Of a stretch of 64,000 nucleotides of DNA, positions 33,266-43,092 are shown in pieces. The notes under the pieces are model-generated. The model did no database searches, was not told the origin of the DNA, and saw only the letters and a list, made by a program, of their open reading frames with translations. Every line of letters starts with the position of its first letter. Position 1 is the first letter of the stretch. The position numbers and the translations under genes are program-made. The stretch comes from Elusimicrobiota bacterium (GTDB lineage: Bacteria; Elusimicrobiota; Elusimicrobia; F11). The stretch is from the NCBI GenBank assembly GCA_003140895.1, contig PLLH01000012.1:3661-67660 (forward strand), read 5' to 3'.

Positions 33266-33655
33266 TTAGGTATCATTCCAGGGTTTCTTGGTTACAAGGA
33301 CCTTGCATTTTGTCGTGATCTTTTTGTTCCGGATGGGATTCCACTGCTTGATGAGTTCTTGTTCGTATGACTCCGCGTCGGTGTAAGCCAACTCGCCAAT
33401 CGGAGCGATGTAGAGAGAGAATCCGGATCGAAGCATTCCAACCAAAAGATGAAGGTAACCACTGTTGTAGCGGGCTGAGCGTTCGTAGTGGGCGGGCTGC
33501 TTTGTACCAAAGTATTTTGCTTTGCCGATGTAGAACGGCCTATCACCATCTTGCGGATGATGGAACGCATACAAGCAGAAAGACTGTGACAGTGCTCCTT
33601 CGATCGAATCGAAGTCGAAACGCTTCCAGATAAGATGCATGTGTTCTCCTGACAC
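33266..33655 (-). CDS. GIY-YIG-like nuclease-domain protein (low-GC islet)
   Basis: CLYAF...PFYIGKAK (GIY...YIG-like spacing), downstream Arg residues, and E.ELIKQWNPIRN matching the C-terminal E..LI....N motif. Local GC is clearly below the window average. Confidence 0.4.
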   Translation of the reverse strand: MSGEHMHLIWKRFDFDSIEGALSQSFCLYAFHHPQDGDRPFYIGKAKYFGTKQPAHYERSARYNSGYLHLLVGMLRSGFSLYIAPIGELAYTDAESYEQELIKQWNPIRNKKITTKCKVLVTKKPWNDT

Positions 33656-33914
33656 CCAACATATGTTCTTCTGCGTTTTTGGCAGCCATGAGTTTGGAAC
33701 AATCGCGCTGGATTTTCCATAAAAATTGCTGAAAAGATCAGCCTGAAAACTGAAATTCCCTCACGAGGCCTCAAAATTTTATTATCCTTAAAGTCCCTCA
33801 ACACAATCCCTCCACGTAATTCACATACCCCCCAAGGAGAAATTGATGCGCATTCAACCTCATCTGATCTATAGCTATGCCTCAAATGCCCAGAAACTCC
33901 CGCCAAAAGTCCCC

Positions 33915-33943
33915 TTGACCATGTGTAGCCGATAGGATACAAT
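33915..33943 (+). promoter_or_regulatory. sigma70-like promoter TTGACC-17nt-TACAAT immediately upstream of the toxin gene
   Basis: -35 TTGACC at 33915-33920, 17-nt spacer, -10 TACAAT at 33938-33943. The ATG at 33947 is only 3 nt downstream, implying a leaderless or near-leaderless transcript. Confidence 0.3.
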
Positions 33944-33946
33944 CCG

Positions 33947-34273
33947 ATGACAATAAAAAAAGTTGTTTACTACCGAACAGCAAACGGACGAATCCCGTTT
34001 CTAGAGTGGCTGGAATCATTGAAAGATAATCAAACCAAAGATCGAATCATCAGTCGCCTCGATCGATTGGGACTAGGAAATTTCGGGGATTATAAATTTA
34101 TCGCTGGAGGCTTATTTGAACTTAGGTTCCACTTTGGGCCGGGGTACAGAATTTACTATGGGCAAGATGGAGATATTCTAGTGGTCTTACTCTACGCCGG
34201 TGATAAATCATCGCAAGGGAATGACATTTTGAAGGCTTTTGAGTATTGGCTGGATTATAAACGAACTGTTTAA
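33947..34273 (+). CDS. type II toxin, RelE/ParE-superfamily addiction-module killer protein (HigB-like, TIGR02683-type)
   Basis: 108 aa, ~42% GC. Typical family text IPFLEWLESL....RI..RLDRL..GNFGDYK.I..GL.ELRFHFGPGYRIYYG. Immediately upstream of an HTH antitoxin. Confidence 0.7.
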   Translation: MTIKKVVYYRTANGRIPFLEWLESLKDNQTKDRIISRLDRLGLGNFGDYKFIAGGLFELRFHFGPGYRIYYGQDGDILVVLLYAGDKSSQGNDILKAFEYWLDYKRTV

Positions 34274-34310
34274 TGGAACAGCCCTTGTACTTGAAAAACA
34301 GGAGAAATAT

Positions 34311-34625
34311 ATGAAACCTTATGTAACCCATCACGCATTTCTAATGAAATATTTAAAGGATCCTGAACATGCGGCGGGATATCTAAACGTCTCGCTAGAG
34401 GAAGGGACTCGGGAAAGTTTTCTGCTCGCAATGAGAAACGTCCTTGAAGCCTATGGCGGAATGACGAAAATTTCACGACTTTCAAAGCTTCACCGCGTGA
34501 GCCTCTACAAAATGCTCTCCAAAAAGGGAAATCCCGGCATCAACAGCCTCATGACTCTGCTTAATTCAATTGGATTCCAGCTGGTGATCTCGGCAAAGAA
34601 CCCGAAGTTGCGCAAAGCCGCATAA
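34311..34625 (+). CDS. type II antitoxin, HTH-type addiction-module antidote protein (HigA-like, TIGR02684-type)
   Basis: 104 aa from MKPYV. GGAG Shine-Dalgarno 7 nt upstream. Helix-turn-helix region ...MTKISRLSKLHRVSLYKMLSKKGNP. Toxin-upstream, antitoxin-downstream order as in higBA. Confidence 0.7.
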   Translation: MKPYVTHHAFLMKYLKDPEHAAGYLNVSLEEGTRESFLLAMRNVLEAYGGMTKISRLSKLHRVSLYKMLSKKGNPGINSLMTLLNSIGFQLVISAKNPKLRKAA

Positions 34626-34636
34626 GGAAGCTTGGC

Positions 34637-35230
34637 TTAGGCGGAAGGGTGACGGGGCGGTTCGGGAGGGTAGACGGGAGGGCCGGAGGGTTCGTTGGGC
34701 ACCATCGGCTCGGCGGTAGACATAAACGCCTCGGCCATTTTAGAGAGCTTCTGTGATTTCTTCTTCAAATGCAGCACGAGCGACGTCTCAATACAACTCT
34801 CAGGGAAATACGGGCATCGAACGCATTCCGTCCACACTTTGTGCGGTAAAACGCTTTTCTTGGCCTTTTTAAATCCGAACTTCTTGAACAATCCTTCCCG
34901 AATCGTGAGAGTAAAAAGAGTGGAAACGCCCAGCTTCCTCGCCTCTTCCACGATCGTTTCTAACAACCATTTCCCAAGACCTCGCCCTTGGTATTCTGGC
35001 GCCACCGCCAAGGCTTTCACTTCCGCGAGACCCTCCCAGGTCACGTAAAGAGCGCAGCACCCCACCACCTTTTCGTCCTTCGTGACGACGAAAAATTGCT
35101 GAAGGTTCTCATAGACTTCGGAGAGGGAACGTGGCAGAAGCTCCCGCTGATCGGCGAAAAAGTTGAGAAGGCTGTGGATGGGCCGCACATCCGACATCAG
35201 GGCTTTTCGTAACTTGAAGTGCTTGTTCAT
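34637..35230 (-). CDS. GNAT-family N-acetyltransferase (N-acetylglutamate-synthase-like) with Pro-rich C-terminal tail
   Basis: Acetyl-CoA-binding motif LAVAPEYQGRGLGKWLL. C-terminal PNEPSGPPVYPPEPPRHPSA tail. Confidence 0.7.
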   Translation of the reverse strand: MNKHFKLRKALMSDVRPIHSLLNFFADQRELLPRSLSEVYENLQQFFVVTKDEKVVGCCALYVTWEGLAEVKALAVAPEYQGRGLGKWLLETIVEEARKLGVSTLFTLTIREGLFKKFGFKKAKKSVLPHKVWTECVRCPYFPESCIETSLVLHLKKKSQKLSKMAEAFMSTAEPMVPNEPSGPPVYPPEPPRHPSA

Positions 35231-35233
35231 AAA

Positions 35234-38200
35234 TTAGAGGCGGGGCGCTTTTTTTGAAGCCGGGTTGATCGCCAGCGACGGCTGATAAGCGGCGATGCGA
35301 CTTAAGGCTGTCCGGGCCAGCTCCCGCGCTTTATTCATCCGTTCGGAGCGAATTTCGCGGTACCCTTTCACGTCATCCACCACCGCCAGCGCTTTCACGT
35401 ACGACTCATAATCCTCTTCGGACTTGAAAAACTCAAAATTGTCGACCAGAACCATATACCAGTCCCGGAAATCCTTCTCCTCTTTGTGCCACCCCGGCAG
35501 GAGCCGCCGAAGGAATCCGGCGTGGCTCATGAGGAGAAGCATGGGATCAATGGTGTTTAAGTCAAACTCGTACGCCTTCCCGAACACGACAAAACGCGGG
35601 CGATTGAAATGAAGATAACTAATTTTATCCCCCCGCTTGGGATCAATATTATAGCGCTCCCGGTCCCGCTCGTATTTTTCCGGCGACGTCAAAAGGCGCG
35701 GAACCCAGATTTCATCTTTGATGGCCATCACGCGAAACAGGTTCATGATCACGCTCCGCGTGGCGCGGAACCCGAATTTCTTCTGATCCTTGCGATAGGT
35801 GTTCCAAATCCGAAGAACGTATTGGTGCGCCATGGGGGGGCCGCCGTAGCGGATCAAATCGTAAATCGTACGGGCCATGAGGAGGCCGCAATCTTTGGGC
35901 AAGTCCAGCCACCGAAACACCTGATCCATGAGTTTCCGGTACTCGCTTGCACGGCGCTTGCCCGTGAAAAAGAAAGTTTGGGTGAGATAACGGGCGTTTT
36001 TATCTATCAGTTCTCCCAGCGTTTCCGTCTTGAACGCCGGGCGGGCGAACTCCGGATGAACCACAATGTAGCGCCCCAAATAAAACGCCTTGTGATTGGC
36101 CGGAACGTCCGCCTGGCGGACCGTTTCATCGATGGCCAAGAGAAGGTTTTCTTCGGACAAGGGAATCCAACCGCTTTGAAACGCCGACCCCAAGACCATC
36201 ATATTGGCGTAGAGTTTGGAGCCCAGGTATTTTTCAGAGAGCTGCGAGAAATCCGCCGAGAGATACCCGTTCGAAATGACTTTGGCCCGAATGACCTCTT
36301 CCAATTTCGCCGGATCAAAATCCTGCCGCCCCATAAGAGAGAGAACCGTCTCATTTTTGTGCGTGTTGATCACGCCGTGCGTCCGAACCGGATGCGCCAC
36401 CCGGAGGTTCATTCGAGCGTCCAGCGCGCGCGCCGCCTCAAGCAAGTCCAACCCAATCAAGAGGTCGGCTTTCCCATAGGGAATGACCGGAGAACACACC
36501 GGCTCCCGCTTTGAAAAAACAATATGCCCGTAAACGCCGCCGTTTCGAATGGCGAGCCCTTTCTTATCCAGAAAACTCACCTCGTAACCCTGCCGCATCC
36601 CCGCCCGGACCAAGACCGCGTTCACAATACCGGCTCCCATGCCCCCCACCGCCGCCGTGTACGCCTGCCAGCGCTCTTCTTTCATGCCGACCGCCGGCAT
36701 GGGCAAATCCGTCAAATTCAAATGCTCAATGTCCGTCGGCGGAACGGCGCGTTTCCGTTTGATGACGACTTTTTCGAACGACGGGCAGGCTTTCGTCCGG
36801 GCGCAGGCGCCGTCGTCCACGCACGCCGACAAATCCGTCGCTATCTTCCGGCCGTACGCCGTTTCCTCCACCGTGAGCCCAGGGCAGCCGGTTTCCGTCG
36901 TGCAGGCGAGGCAATACTCGCACACCTCGGGCGTGACATTGATTTTCTCTTCCCGCGCCAAAAAACCCTTCTTCTTGAGAACTTTTTTCTTCTCGGCGGA
37001 GAGGCGCCGGTGAAGCGTGATGGCGCATTCTTTGTCGGCGATGATCACTTTGACGCCGGGTTTGACCACGGTCTGTTCAACGAGCGTCTGATAGGTGACG
37101 CGGTCGGACGGGTTGGCGCGCGCGATAAAAAGACCGTCCGGGATCATGCCGCGAAGCACGCGCTCAATATCTTGCGCCACGGTTTTACGCCCCACCACGT
37201 CAAATTCGTTTCCGGGCGTGGGCTGGTGGCCGGTCATGGCCGTCGTTTTGTTTTCCAAAATAATATAGGTGATTTCCTGATCGTTCTTGATGGAATCGGA
37301 AATCGCGATCATGCCGGAATGAAAAAACGTGGAATCGCCGAGGAACACGACCTGTTTGTTCGCGATAAACGGAGACATCCCGGCGCCCGTCCCGCCGCCC
37401 AAACCCATGCCGGAATAACTTTGCATGAGGCCTTCATTGGGCGCGAACTGAAGCATGGAGTGGCAGCCCGACTCCCCGTGAAAAATAAGATCCATCGGCC
37501 TGGACCCTTGGGCGGCCATGGCATCGGCGTTCATAAATTTTTTCTTCATGCGAAGGCTGACGGTGGCGGAATCCCGGTGAGGACACCCCGGGCAAAACGT
37601 GGGCGTCCGGAGAGGAACATCGTACGAGGCGGACTCCGTGTGGCGAATTTCTTTTAATTCGTTTTGAATCCGGTCGATCTGAAGCGTTGGGAAATACTCT
37701 TTCCACCGCAGGAACGCCGGCCCCAACACTTCGAGCATAATGGACACGTTAAGGCCTCGCGTCGCCGGAAAACCAGGTTCCCCGTCCGGAAATTTCTTGC
37801 CCCACAAGGCCGGCGGCTTGGGAAGGCGACCCGCTTGTTTCAAAGACACCAGCGCCTCGGAAATCTGTTCCTCTAAAAATCCCCGCTTTTCTTCCACCAC
37901 AACCAAATGTTCGACGTGGTCGGCGATCTCCAAAATATCGTCGGGACTGATGGGATAGGTGAGTCCCAATTTAAGAACAGGCGTCCGTTCCCAAAGCCCT
38001 ATCATCTTGAGCACTTCTTCCAAATAGCTATAGGAAAGCCCGGAGGAAACAAACCCCACCGGCATTCGCACCCTTTTCGGCCCGTGCCGCTTATTGATGC
38101 CGATATCCCGCGCCCGACTTAACAGGCGCGCGTGACGTTCTTTTAAAGTGGCTTCCCGCCAGGAGGTGTGCGGCGGGATCATAACGGTATCGCTGATGTT

Positions 38201-38905
38201 CATGGCGGCGCTGGAGAGCGTTGTTTTGGAAAGGGCGCTCACCGCGATATCCGGGTGAGGCCCCACGGCCACGGTTCCGCCGCCATCCACCTGATTGGTG
38301 GTGACGATATAGGTCAAATACAAATCGGAGGCGCCGGACAAATCAAACGCCAGTTTGATCCAATCTTTGATTTCCTGGAAGGTGGAAGGTTCAATGATGG
38401 GCATGTTCAAATGTTTGGAGAGGTAGCGGGAGTCCGAATTGATCTGAGTGGTTTCGTTCCAGGGGTCGTCTCCAACGACGCAAAGGGAGCCGCCCTGGCG
38501 CTGGCGCGTTTCCATGAGGTTCCCGATCGCCAAGCCGTCGGCGGCCACGTGCATTCCGACGGATTTCATGACCGCCATGGCGCGCAGACCCACCTGGCGG
38601 GCGCCGTTGAGTCGAGCCGCGGCCAACCCTTCGTTGTTCGCGATTTGAGCGACGATCCCGCGCTGGGTGATGTAGGGCGCGATGTCGGTGATCACTTCAA
38701 ACACGTCCGACACCGGAGACCCGGGATAGCCGGTGATAAGCCCCACACCGGCCTCAAGAGCCCCTTTCACCAGGAGCTCGTTCCCGGTGTAGGCTTCCAC
38801 GCCGGAAAATGTGAGGAAACGGCTGTCCACCCCTTCCCGGGTCCGAGGTTTATACGTCGGACCGGAACGATTGGGAGCCGTTTTCGTGAGCGGGGAAAAT
38901 TTCAT
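35234..38905 (-). CDS. indolepyruvate/2-oxoacid:ferredoxin oxidoreductase family protein (fused IorA-IorB with DUF6537-like C-terminus)
   Basis: 1,223 aa. TPP motif GDSTFFHSGM. Two Cys clusters CEYCLACTTETGCPGL / CVDDGACARTKACPSF. IorB-like AVGGMGAGIVNAVLVRAG region. Confidence 0.8.
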   Translation of the reverse strand: MKFSPLTKTAPNRSGPTYKPRTREGVDSRFLTFSGVEAYTGNELLVKGALEAGVGLITGYPGSPVSDVFEVITDIAPYITQRGIVAQIANNEGLAAARLNGARQVGLRAMAVMKSVGMHVAADGLAIGNLMETRQRQGGSLCVVGDDPWNETTQINSDSRYLSKHLNMPIIEPSTFQEIKDWIKLAFDLSGASDLYLTYIVTTNQVDGGGTVAVGPHPDIAVSALSKTTLSSAAMNISDTVMIPPHTSWREATLKERHARLLSRARDIGINKRHGPKRVRMPVGFVSSGLSYSYLEEVLKMIGLWERTPVLKLGLTYPISPDDILEIADHVEHLVVVEEKRGFLEEQISEALVSLKQAGRLPKPPALWGKKFPDGEPGFPATRGLNVSIMLEVLGPAFLRWKEYFPTLQIDRIQNELKEIRHTESASYDVPLRTPTFCPGCPHRDSATVSLRMKKKFMNADAMAAQGSRPMDLIFHGESGCHSMLQFAPNEGLMQSYSGMGLGGGTGAGMSPFIANKQVVFLGDSTFFHSGMIAISDSIKNDQEITYIILENKTTAMTGHQPTPGNEFDVVGRKTVAQDIERVLRGMIPDGLFIARANPSDRVTYQTLVEQTVVKPGVKVIIADKECAITLHRRLSAEKKKVLKKKGFLAREEKINVTPEVCEYCLACTTETGCPGLTVEETAYGRKIATDLSACVDDGACARTKACPSFEKVVIKRKRAVPPTDIEHLNLTDLPMPAVGMKEERWQAYTAAVGGMGAGIVNAVLVRAGMRQGYEVSFLDKKGLAIRNGGVYGHIVFSKREPVCSPVIPYGKADLLIGLDLLEAARALDARMNLRVAHPVRTHGVINTHKNETVLSLMGRQDFDPAKLEEVIRAKVISNGYLSADFSQLSEKYLGSKLYANMMVLGSAFQSGWIPLSEENLLLAIDETVRQADVPANHKAFYLGRYIVVHPEFARPAFKTETLGELIDKNARYLTQTFFFTGKRRASEYRKLMDQVFRWLDLPKDCGLLMARTIYDLIRYGGPPMAHQYVLRIWNTYRKDQKKFGFRATRSVIMNLFRVMAIKDEIWVPRLLTSPEKYERDRERYNIDPKRGDKISYLHFNRPRFVVFGKAYEFDLNTIDPMLLLMSHAGFLRRLLPGWHKEEKDFRDWYMVLVDNFEFFKSEEDYESYVKALAVVDDVKGYREIRSERMNKARELARTALSRIAAYQPSLAINPASKKAPRL

Positions 38906-39465
38906 TACTTCTCCATCGGCCTAATTGCGGGAATGTAATACCGAATACCGACGGCGAAATCGCCGTTAAAACCAAAACTCTGCGTGAGCCGCATCACGGG
39001 GGCCACTTCGGCAAATCCTTCCCAGGGCGAATTTTTCGGCAAGTAACTGAGTCCGACGGGAAACCGGATGCCCACTTCCCGATTGTGTTCGAACAGAATG
39101 CGGGGGCCGGCTCCAAAATAGAGAGGCAATTCTCCATCCTGGATGAGTTGGCTCAGTTGATCCGTTTGCCCTTTCGCGGACGGGAGCCAGTTAAATACAT
39201 GCCAAAGAAAAGTGGCGTGAAGGTCAAATTCTCCCCGGTCGATACCGACAGCGCCGTCAACAGCGGCATTCTCATCCAACCAAATTTTCGCGGAAAGCCC
39301 GCTGGGATTTCCCGCCATGACGCCGTACCCCTGGTCGCCCCGGCGCTCGGCTTTAACCGGCACGGCAGCCAAAAGAAAAAGCGGAAGAGCCGCCAAAACG
39401 ACTTTCCGAATGGAAAAAAGATGTGATTGTGTTAAGTGCGGCATAAGATTTATCGTCCTCCCCAA
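38905..39465 (-). CDS. small outer-membrane beta-barrel protein (hypothetical)
   Basis: Signal peptide VVLAALPLFLLAAVPVKA. Alternating hydrophobic strands. C-terminus ...AVGIRYYI. Confidence 0.45.
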   Translation of the reverse strand: MGRTINLMPHLTQSHLFSIRKVVLAALPLFLLAAVPVKAERRGDQGYGVMAGNPSGLSAKIWLDENAAVDGAVGIDRGEFDLHATFLWHVFNWLPSAKGQTDQLSQLIQDGELPLYFGAGPRILFEHNREVGIRFPVGLSYLPKNSPWEGFAEVAPVMRLTQSFGFNGDFAVGIRYYIPAIRPMEK

Positions 39466-40295
39466 GATAATTTTTCTCGTAATACTTCAAAATACGACAC
39501 GCTAGGATCCGAAATCAACTGCAGCGTGGCATTGGCTCGGCGGACGGACACGCAATCTCCCGATTTTAAGGAAAAAACCCGCTGTCCATCTAAACAGAGT
39601 TGAACTTCCGTACGTTCCCGGATATCCCGGAGTTGAAGATCCAGCGTCTGATGCGCCGGAAACACCACCGGCCGCTGCGTAAAGCTATGAGCGCAAATAG
39701 GAGTCAACATGAGCGCTTCAACCCCCGGATGCAGCACCGGCCCTTGAGCCGATAGAGAATAGGCCGTTGAACCGGTCGGAGTGGCCACTATCACGCCATC
39801 TCCCACGAAACATCCGACATCCTCCTTTTCAATGGAGGCGAACACCGTTGTCACCCGAGAGGTGGCTCCAATTCGAATCACCGCGTCATTTAAAGCCAAT
39901 TGCGGCGCCTTGATCCGGGGCGCCACCACCTCTAGCATCATTCGCTCGTCAATCACAAGGCGGCCTTTGAGCCACGCCTCAAGAAAAGGGTACATCCGCT
40001 TCTGTTCAACCGACGTCAAAAACCCCACCCTCCCCACATTGATGCCCAAAACCGGGACGCCGGCCGCGGCCGCCTGTGGCGCGATGGAAAGAATGGTGCC
40101 ATCCCCCCCCAGCGTAATAATTCCATCAGCTCGTGAGATGGAAGACGCGGGAAGGGTTGCGATATGTTTTCGTTTAAGCCACTGGCGAAGGCGAGGCGTT
40201 TCTTGTCTCGCTTTGTCCTTATCGGGATTCGCGACAATGACCACCGAACGGATGTCTGAAGCCTGGTTTTTGAGACTCATATGCGGGGTTTTCAA
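39450..40295 (-). CDS. nadK: NAD(+) kinase
   Basis: 281 aa. GGDGTIL motif and NDAVI motif. Confidence 0.85.
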   Translation of the reverse strand: MKTPHMSLKNQASDIRSVVIVANPDKDKARQETPRLRQWLKRKHIATLPASSISRADGIITLGGDGTILSIAPQAAAAGVPVLGINVGRVGFLTSVEQKRMYPFLEAWLKGRLVIDERMMLEVVAPRIKAPQLALNDAVIRIGATSRVTTVFASIEKEDVGCFVGDGVIVATPTGSTAYSLSAQGPVLHPGVEALMLTPICAHSFTQRPVVFPAHQTLDLQLRDIRERTEVQLCLDGQRVFSLKSGDCVSVRRANATLQLISDPSVSYFEVLREKLSWGGR

Positions 40296-40355
40296 GATCG
40301 GCGAGATTATACCACCTCTAAAGGGTTCCGGATACGGTAATTGGAGAGATTTGAC

Positions 40356-41684
40356 TTATTCCCCGGCGAGGGTGAGGGACTTGAAAAAGATGCCTTGGGG
40401 GACGAGAACGCGCTCACGTTGGACTCGTTCTTTTGAGAGCCGGCAGTCCTTAATAGCTTCTTGAAGAACGCCGGTCACGGACCCGCCTTTAATCGGGCGC
40501 ACCCCTTTCCGGCTAATCTCAAACCCGGCGCGAATTTCGGCGGAAAAAGCCCCTGTCATCACGTTGGGCTCAAACGCGGAGAAAGCTTGAAGATGGTAGA
40601 GAACATCGCCGTCAGCGCCGCCGCCCAAGCGCTCCGGATCCAATAAATGGTTAAACGGAATGGATCCGGGACCCACTTCAATGTTCCCCTCCTCGCCCGT
40701 CACGGGAACATTTAGATAATCGGCGTACCGCTTCTCCGCCAGAAAAGCCCGCACGATATTGTTTTCAATGAGACGCACGCGCGCGCCCGGGGTGCCAAAC
40801 CCGTCAAATCGATACGACCCCAAGCCCCCTTTCAGCAGAGCGTTGTGCCACACGTGGATGGAATCGCCTTTGATCTCACCGGGAGAAGCCACGGAGGACC
40901 CCAATTCGGTTTCCACCATGCGGTTGTATTTGAGCCGCGCGCTCGCCCGCGCCACGAGAGGATTAAACAAATGATCCAACGGCTCGCCGGAAAGAAGAAC
41001 CGGGAATGGCCCTGTTTTGGGGAGCGTGGCGACAGTGGCCTCCCGCGCGAATTGGGCGCTCTGTTTCACCTCCCCCTCCAAATCAAAATCCGAGAGAAAA
41101 CGCCGTTTATAACGGTTAATGTATTCATTTTCACGGGATCCGGATTCAGCCAAAAGAATAAATTCCGTTTCCAGGACGGTTCCTTCCTGCTCAACGTCCA
41201 ACCCATGGTGGTTCACAAGACGAGTCTGGACGCGATCCATAAAAAATTCCGCCGCCGACAAGCGGATTTGTTTCTCGTTCGAAACCGCCTTTTTAATCCG
41301 CTCTTCGCATTCATCCAGCGTTTTCACGCTCAAGGAAGGATCCATTCGTTCGACGACCGGAAGGGACTCAGGCTGGGAAGGAAGTTCAAAGAGCTGATTG
41401 TTGACGAGGGACGCCGAGAAGATCGCTTCGTCAATCCGTTTCTCAAGCGCCGGCAACTCCGCCGCCCCGATTTGGAAGGACGCGATCCCCAAAACGTCGT
41501 TGCGCGCCCCGGCGGATTTCCGCCTTTGATAAAGCGTCACCCGGAAAAGCTGTGTCTCCACGCTTCGGACGCATTCGCGCTCTTCCTTGGCGAGGAAAAG
41601 CTGATGCGACGTCTCCCGGGTCTCCCGAATTTGCCAACCGCTTAATTTTTTCCCGGTGATCGCGTTTTTAATTTTTTCAATCAT
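40356..41684 (-). CDS. pmbA: PmbA/TldE-family metalloprotease component
   Basis: 442 aa. PmbA_TldD family architecture, adjacent to tldD. Confidence 0.8.
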   Translation of the reverse strand: MIEKIKNAITGKKLSGWQIRETRETSHQLFLAKEERECVRSVETQLFRVTLYQRRKSAGARNDVLGIASFQIGAAELPALEKRIDEAIFSASLVNNQLFELPSQPESLPVVERMDPSLSVKTLDECEERIKKAVSNEKQIRLSAAEFFMDRVQTRLVNHHGLDVEQEGTVLETEFILLAESGSRENEYINRYKRRFLSDFDLEGEVKQSAQFAREATVATLPKTGPFPVLLSGEPLDHLFNPLVARASARLKYNRMVETELGSSVASPGEIKGDSIHVWHNALLKGGLGSYRFDGFGTPGARVRLIENNIVRAFLAEKRYADYLNVPVTGEEGNIEVGPGSIPFNHLLDPERLGGGADGDVLYHLQAFSAFEPNVMTGAFSAEIRAGFEISRKGVRPIKGGSVTGVLQEAIKDCRLSKERVQRERVLVPQGIFFKSLTLAGE

Positions 41685-41691
41685 AAAAATC

Positions 41692-43092
41692 TCAAGCGAG
41701 GCGGGCGGTCATCTTTAAATGCGGCCCGCCCGTCGTGTTTTTGATCCATTCTTTATGGCCTTTCCCGCACATCCCCAGACCTGAAATAAAACAGTCATTC
41801 CCCACCATCGTGATGGAGGAAAGCAAATCCGGCACAAACCCGGTCATAATGACCGGCGAATAGACGGTTCCCGTCAACTTGCCGTTTTTGATTTCTTCCG
41901 CCCAGAGGCCTTCCACTTGAATGCCCCACGCCTGTGGATCTTCCATGCCGTTCGTGGCGTGGCGAAGATAGAGGCCGTCTTTAACAGAGGCGATGATCTC
42001 CTCTTTGGAGGAGGCGCCGTTTCCAAAAAACGTGTTGGTCATGCGGGCGTAGGCCTTCCGGTCGAACCCTTCCCGACGCCCGTTGGCGGAGCGTTCCAGT
42101 TTCAATTTGTGGGCCGAGGCCAAATCGGTGAGCCCGCGCTGCAATATCCCGTTTTTAATGATGTGCGTCGGCGACGCCAATTGCCCTTCATCGTCGAAAA
42201 AGAACCCGCCGGCTTCCGTGACGGCGGACGGGTCGTCGAACATGTTCACGATGGAGGAGGCCACTGATTTCCCGATAAACTCCTGGCTCTTGGCGCGACC
42301 CCGAACATAAAGATCGGTTTCCATGCCGTGGCCGAAACATTCGTGTGCGATAATCCCAGACCATTCGGGATCCGTGACCACGTCAAACAAGCCCGGGCTC
42401 AAGCGCTCCGCCGCGTTCAATTTCTTTCCGTCCGCCACCATGGCGCGGATCTCATCGTCGGAAAAACGAACCGCTTCCAGCCCGCCGTTTTTACACGTCC
42501 CCTGATGAACCTGGGTGACTTTGCTTCCATCCGACACAAAAACAACCATGATGATTTCAACGCGCGTGAGGGTTTGAAAGAGAATTTTGTTCCGGTTGAC
42601 ATAGAGGTCTTCTTGCGTCACGTCTTCCAGGAGCGACAAGGCGTTCACCACCTGCGGATCGATGGCGAGCGCCGTGTTAAGGCGCTTGCGCGCCTCGGCA
42701 AGCCGGTCATTCAATGAAACCGCCGACGGAGGCTGAACCACCTTGGTAAAAAAATCTTTCGCGAGCGGAGGTCCCGGGTCAATCTCGGAGCACGGGCGCG
42801 TCTTATCAACAGAGGCCGCCGCTGTTTTCGCCCGGTTGATAAGATCCGCCTCCAAAGCCGGCCACTCCCACCGATTGAAGGCATATTCAAAGAAGCTCTG
42901 CCCATTCCACAACGTCACGACGAGCCCTTGCGCGGGATCTTGCGGTTCCACCGATTCCTGCAGACGATTGACGCGAATCGTTGTGCCGGAACTTTTTTTA
43001 TAAAGCGCGCAGGCCGTGGGAACGATTTGTTCCAGACGGCGAATGAGGTCGGGAAGTTTTGTTTTTAATTCAGAGAGGATGGGATCGCTCAA
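41692..43092 (-). CDS. tldD: TldD-family zinc metalloprotease
   Basis: 466 aa. HECFGHGME catalytic motif. Confidence 0.85.
   Translation of the reverse strand: MSDPILSELKTKLPDLIRRLEQIVPTACALYKKSSGTTIRVNRLQESVEPQDPAQGLVVTLWNGQSFFEYAFNRWEWPALEADLINRAKTAAASVDKTRPCSEIDPGPPLAKDFFTKVVQPPSAVSLNDRLAEARKRLNTALAIDPQVVNALSLLEDVTQEDLYVNRNKILFQTLTRVEIIMVVFVSDGSKVTQVHQGTCKNGGLEAVRFSDDEIRAMVADGKKLNAAERLSPGLFDVVTDPEWSGIIAHECFGHGMETDLYVRGRAKSQEFIGKSVASSIVNMFDDPSAVTEAGGFFFDDEGQLASPTHIIKNGILQRGLTDLASAHKLKLERSANGRREGFDRKAYARMTNTFFGNGASSKEEIIASVKDGLYLRHATNGMEDPQAWGIQVEGLWAEEIKNGKLTGTVYSPVIMTGFVPDLLSSITMVGNDCFISGLGMCGKGHKEWIKNTTGGPHLKMTARLA

Noticed and set aside
35609-38938. Series of plus-strand ORFs (301, 377 and 256 aa)
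   Set aside because: All lie antisense within the 1,223-aa IorA/IorB oxidoreductase gene. Their translations are Arg/Gly/His-rich without motifs.
40845-41645. 266-aa plus-strand ORF
   Set aside because: Antisense to pmbA.
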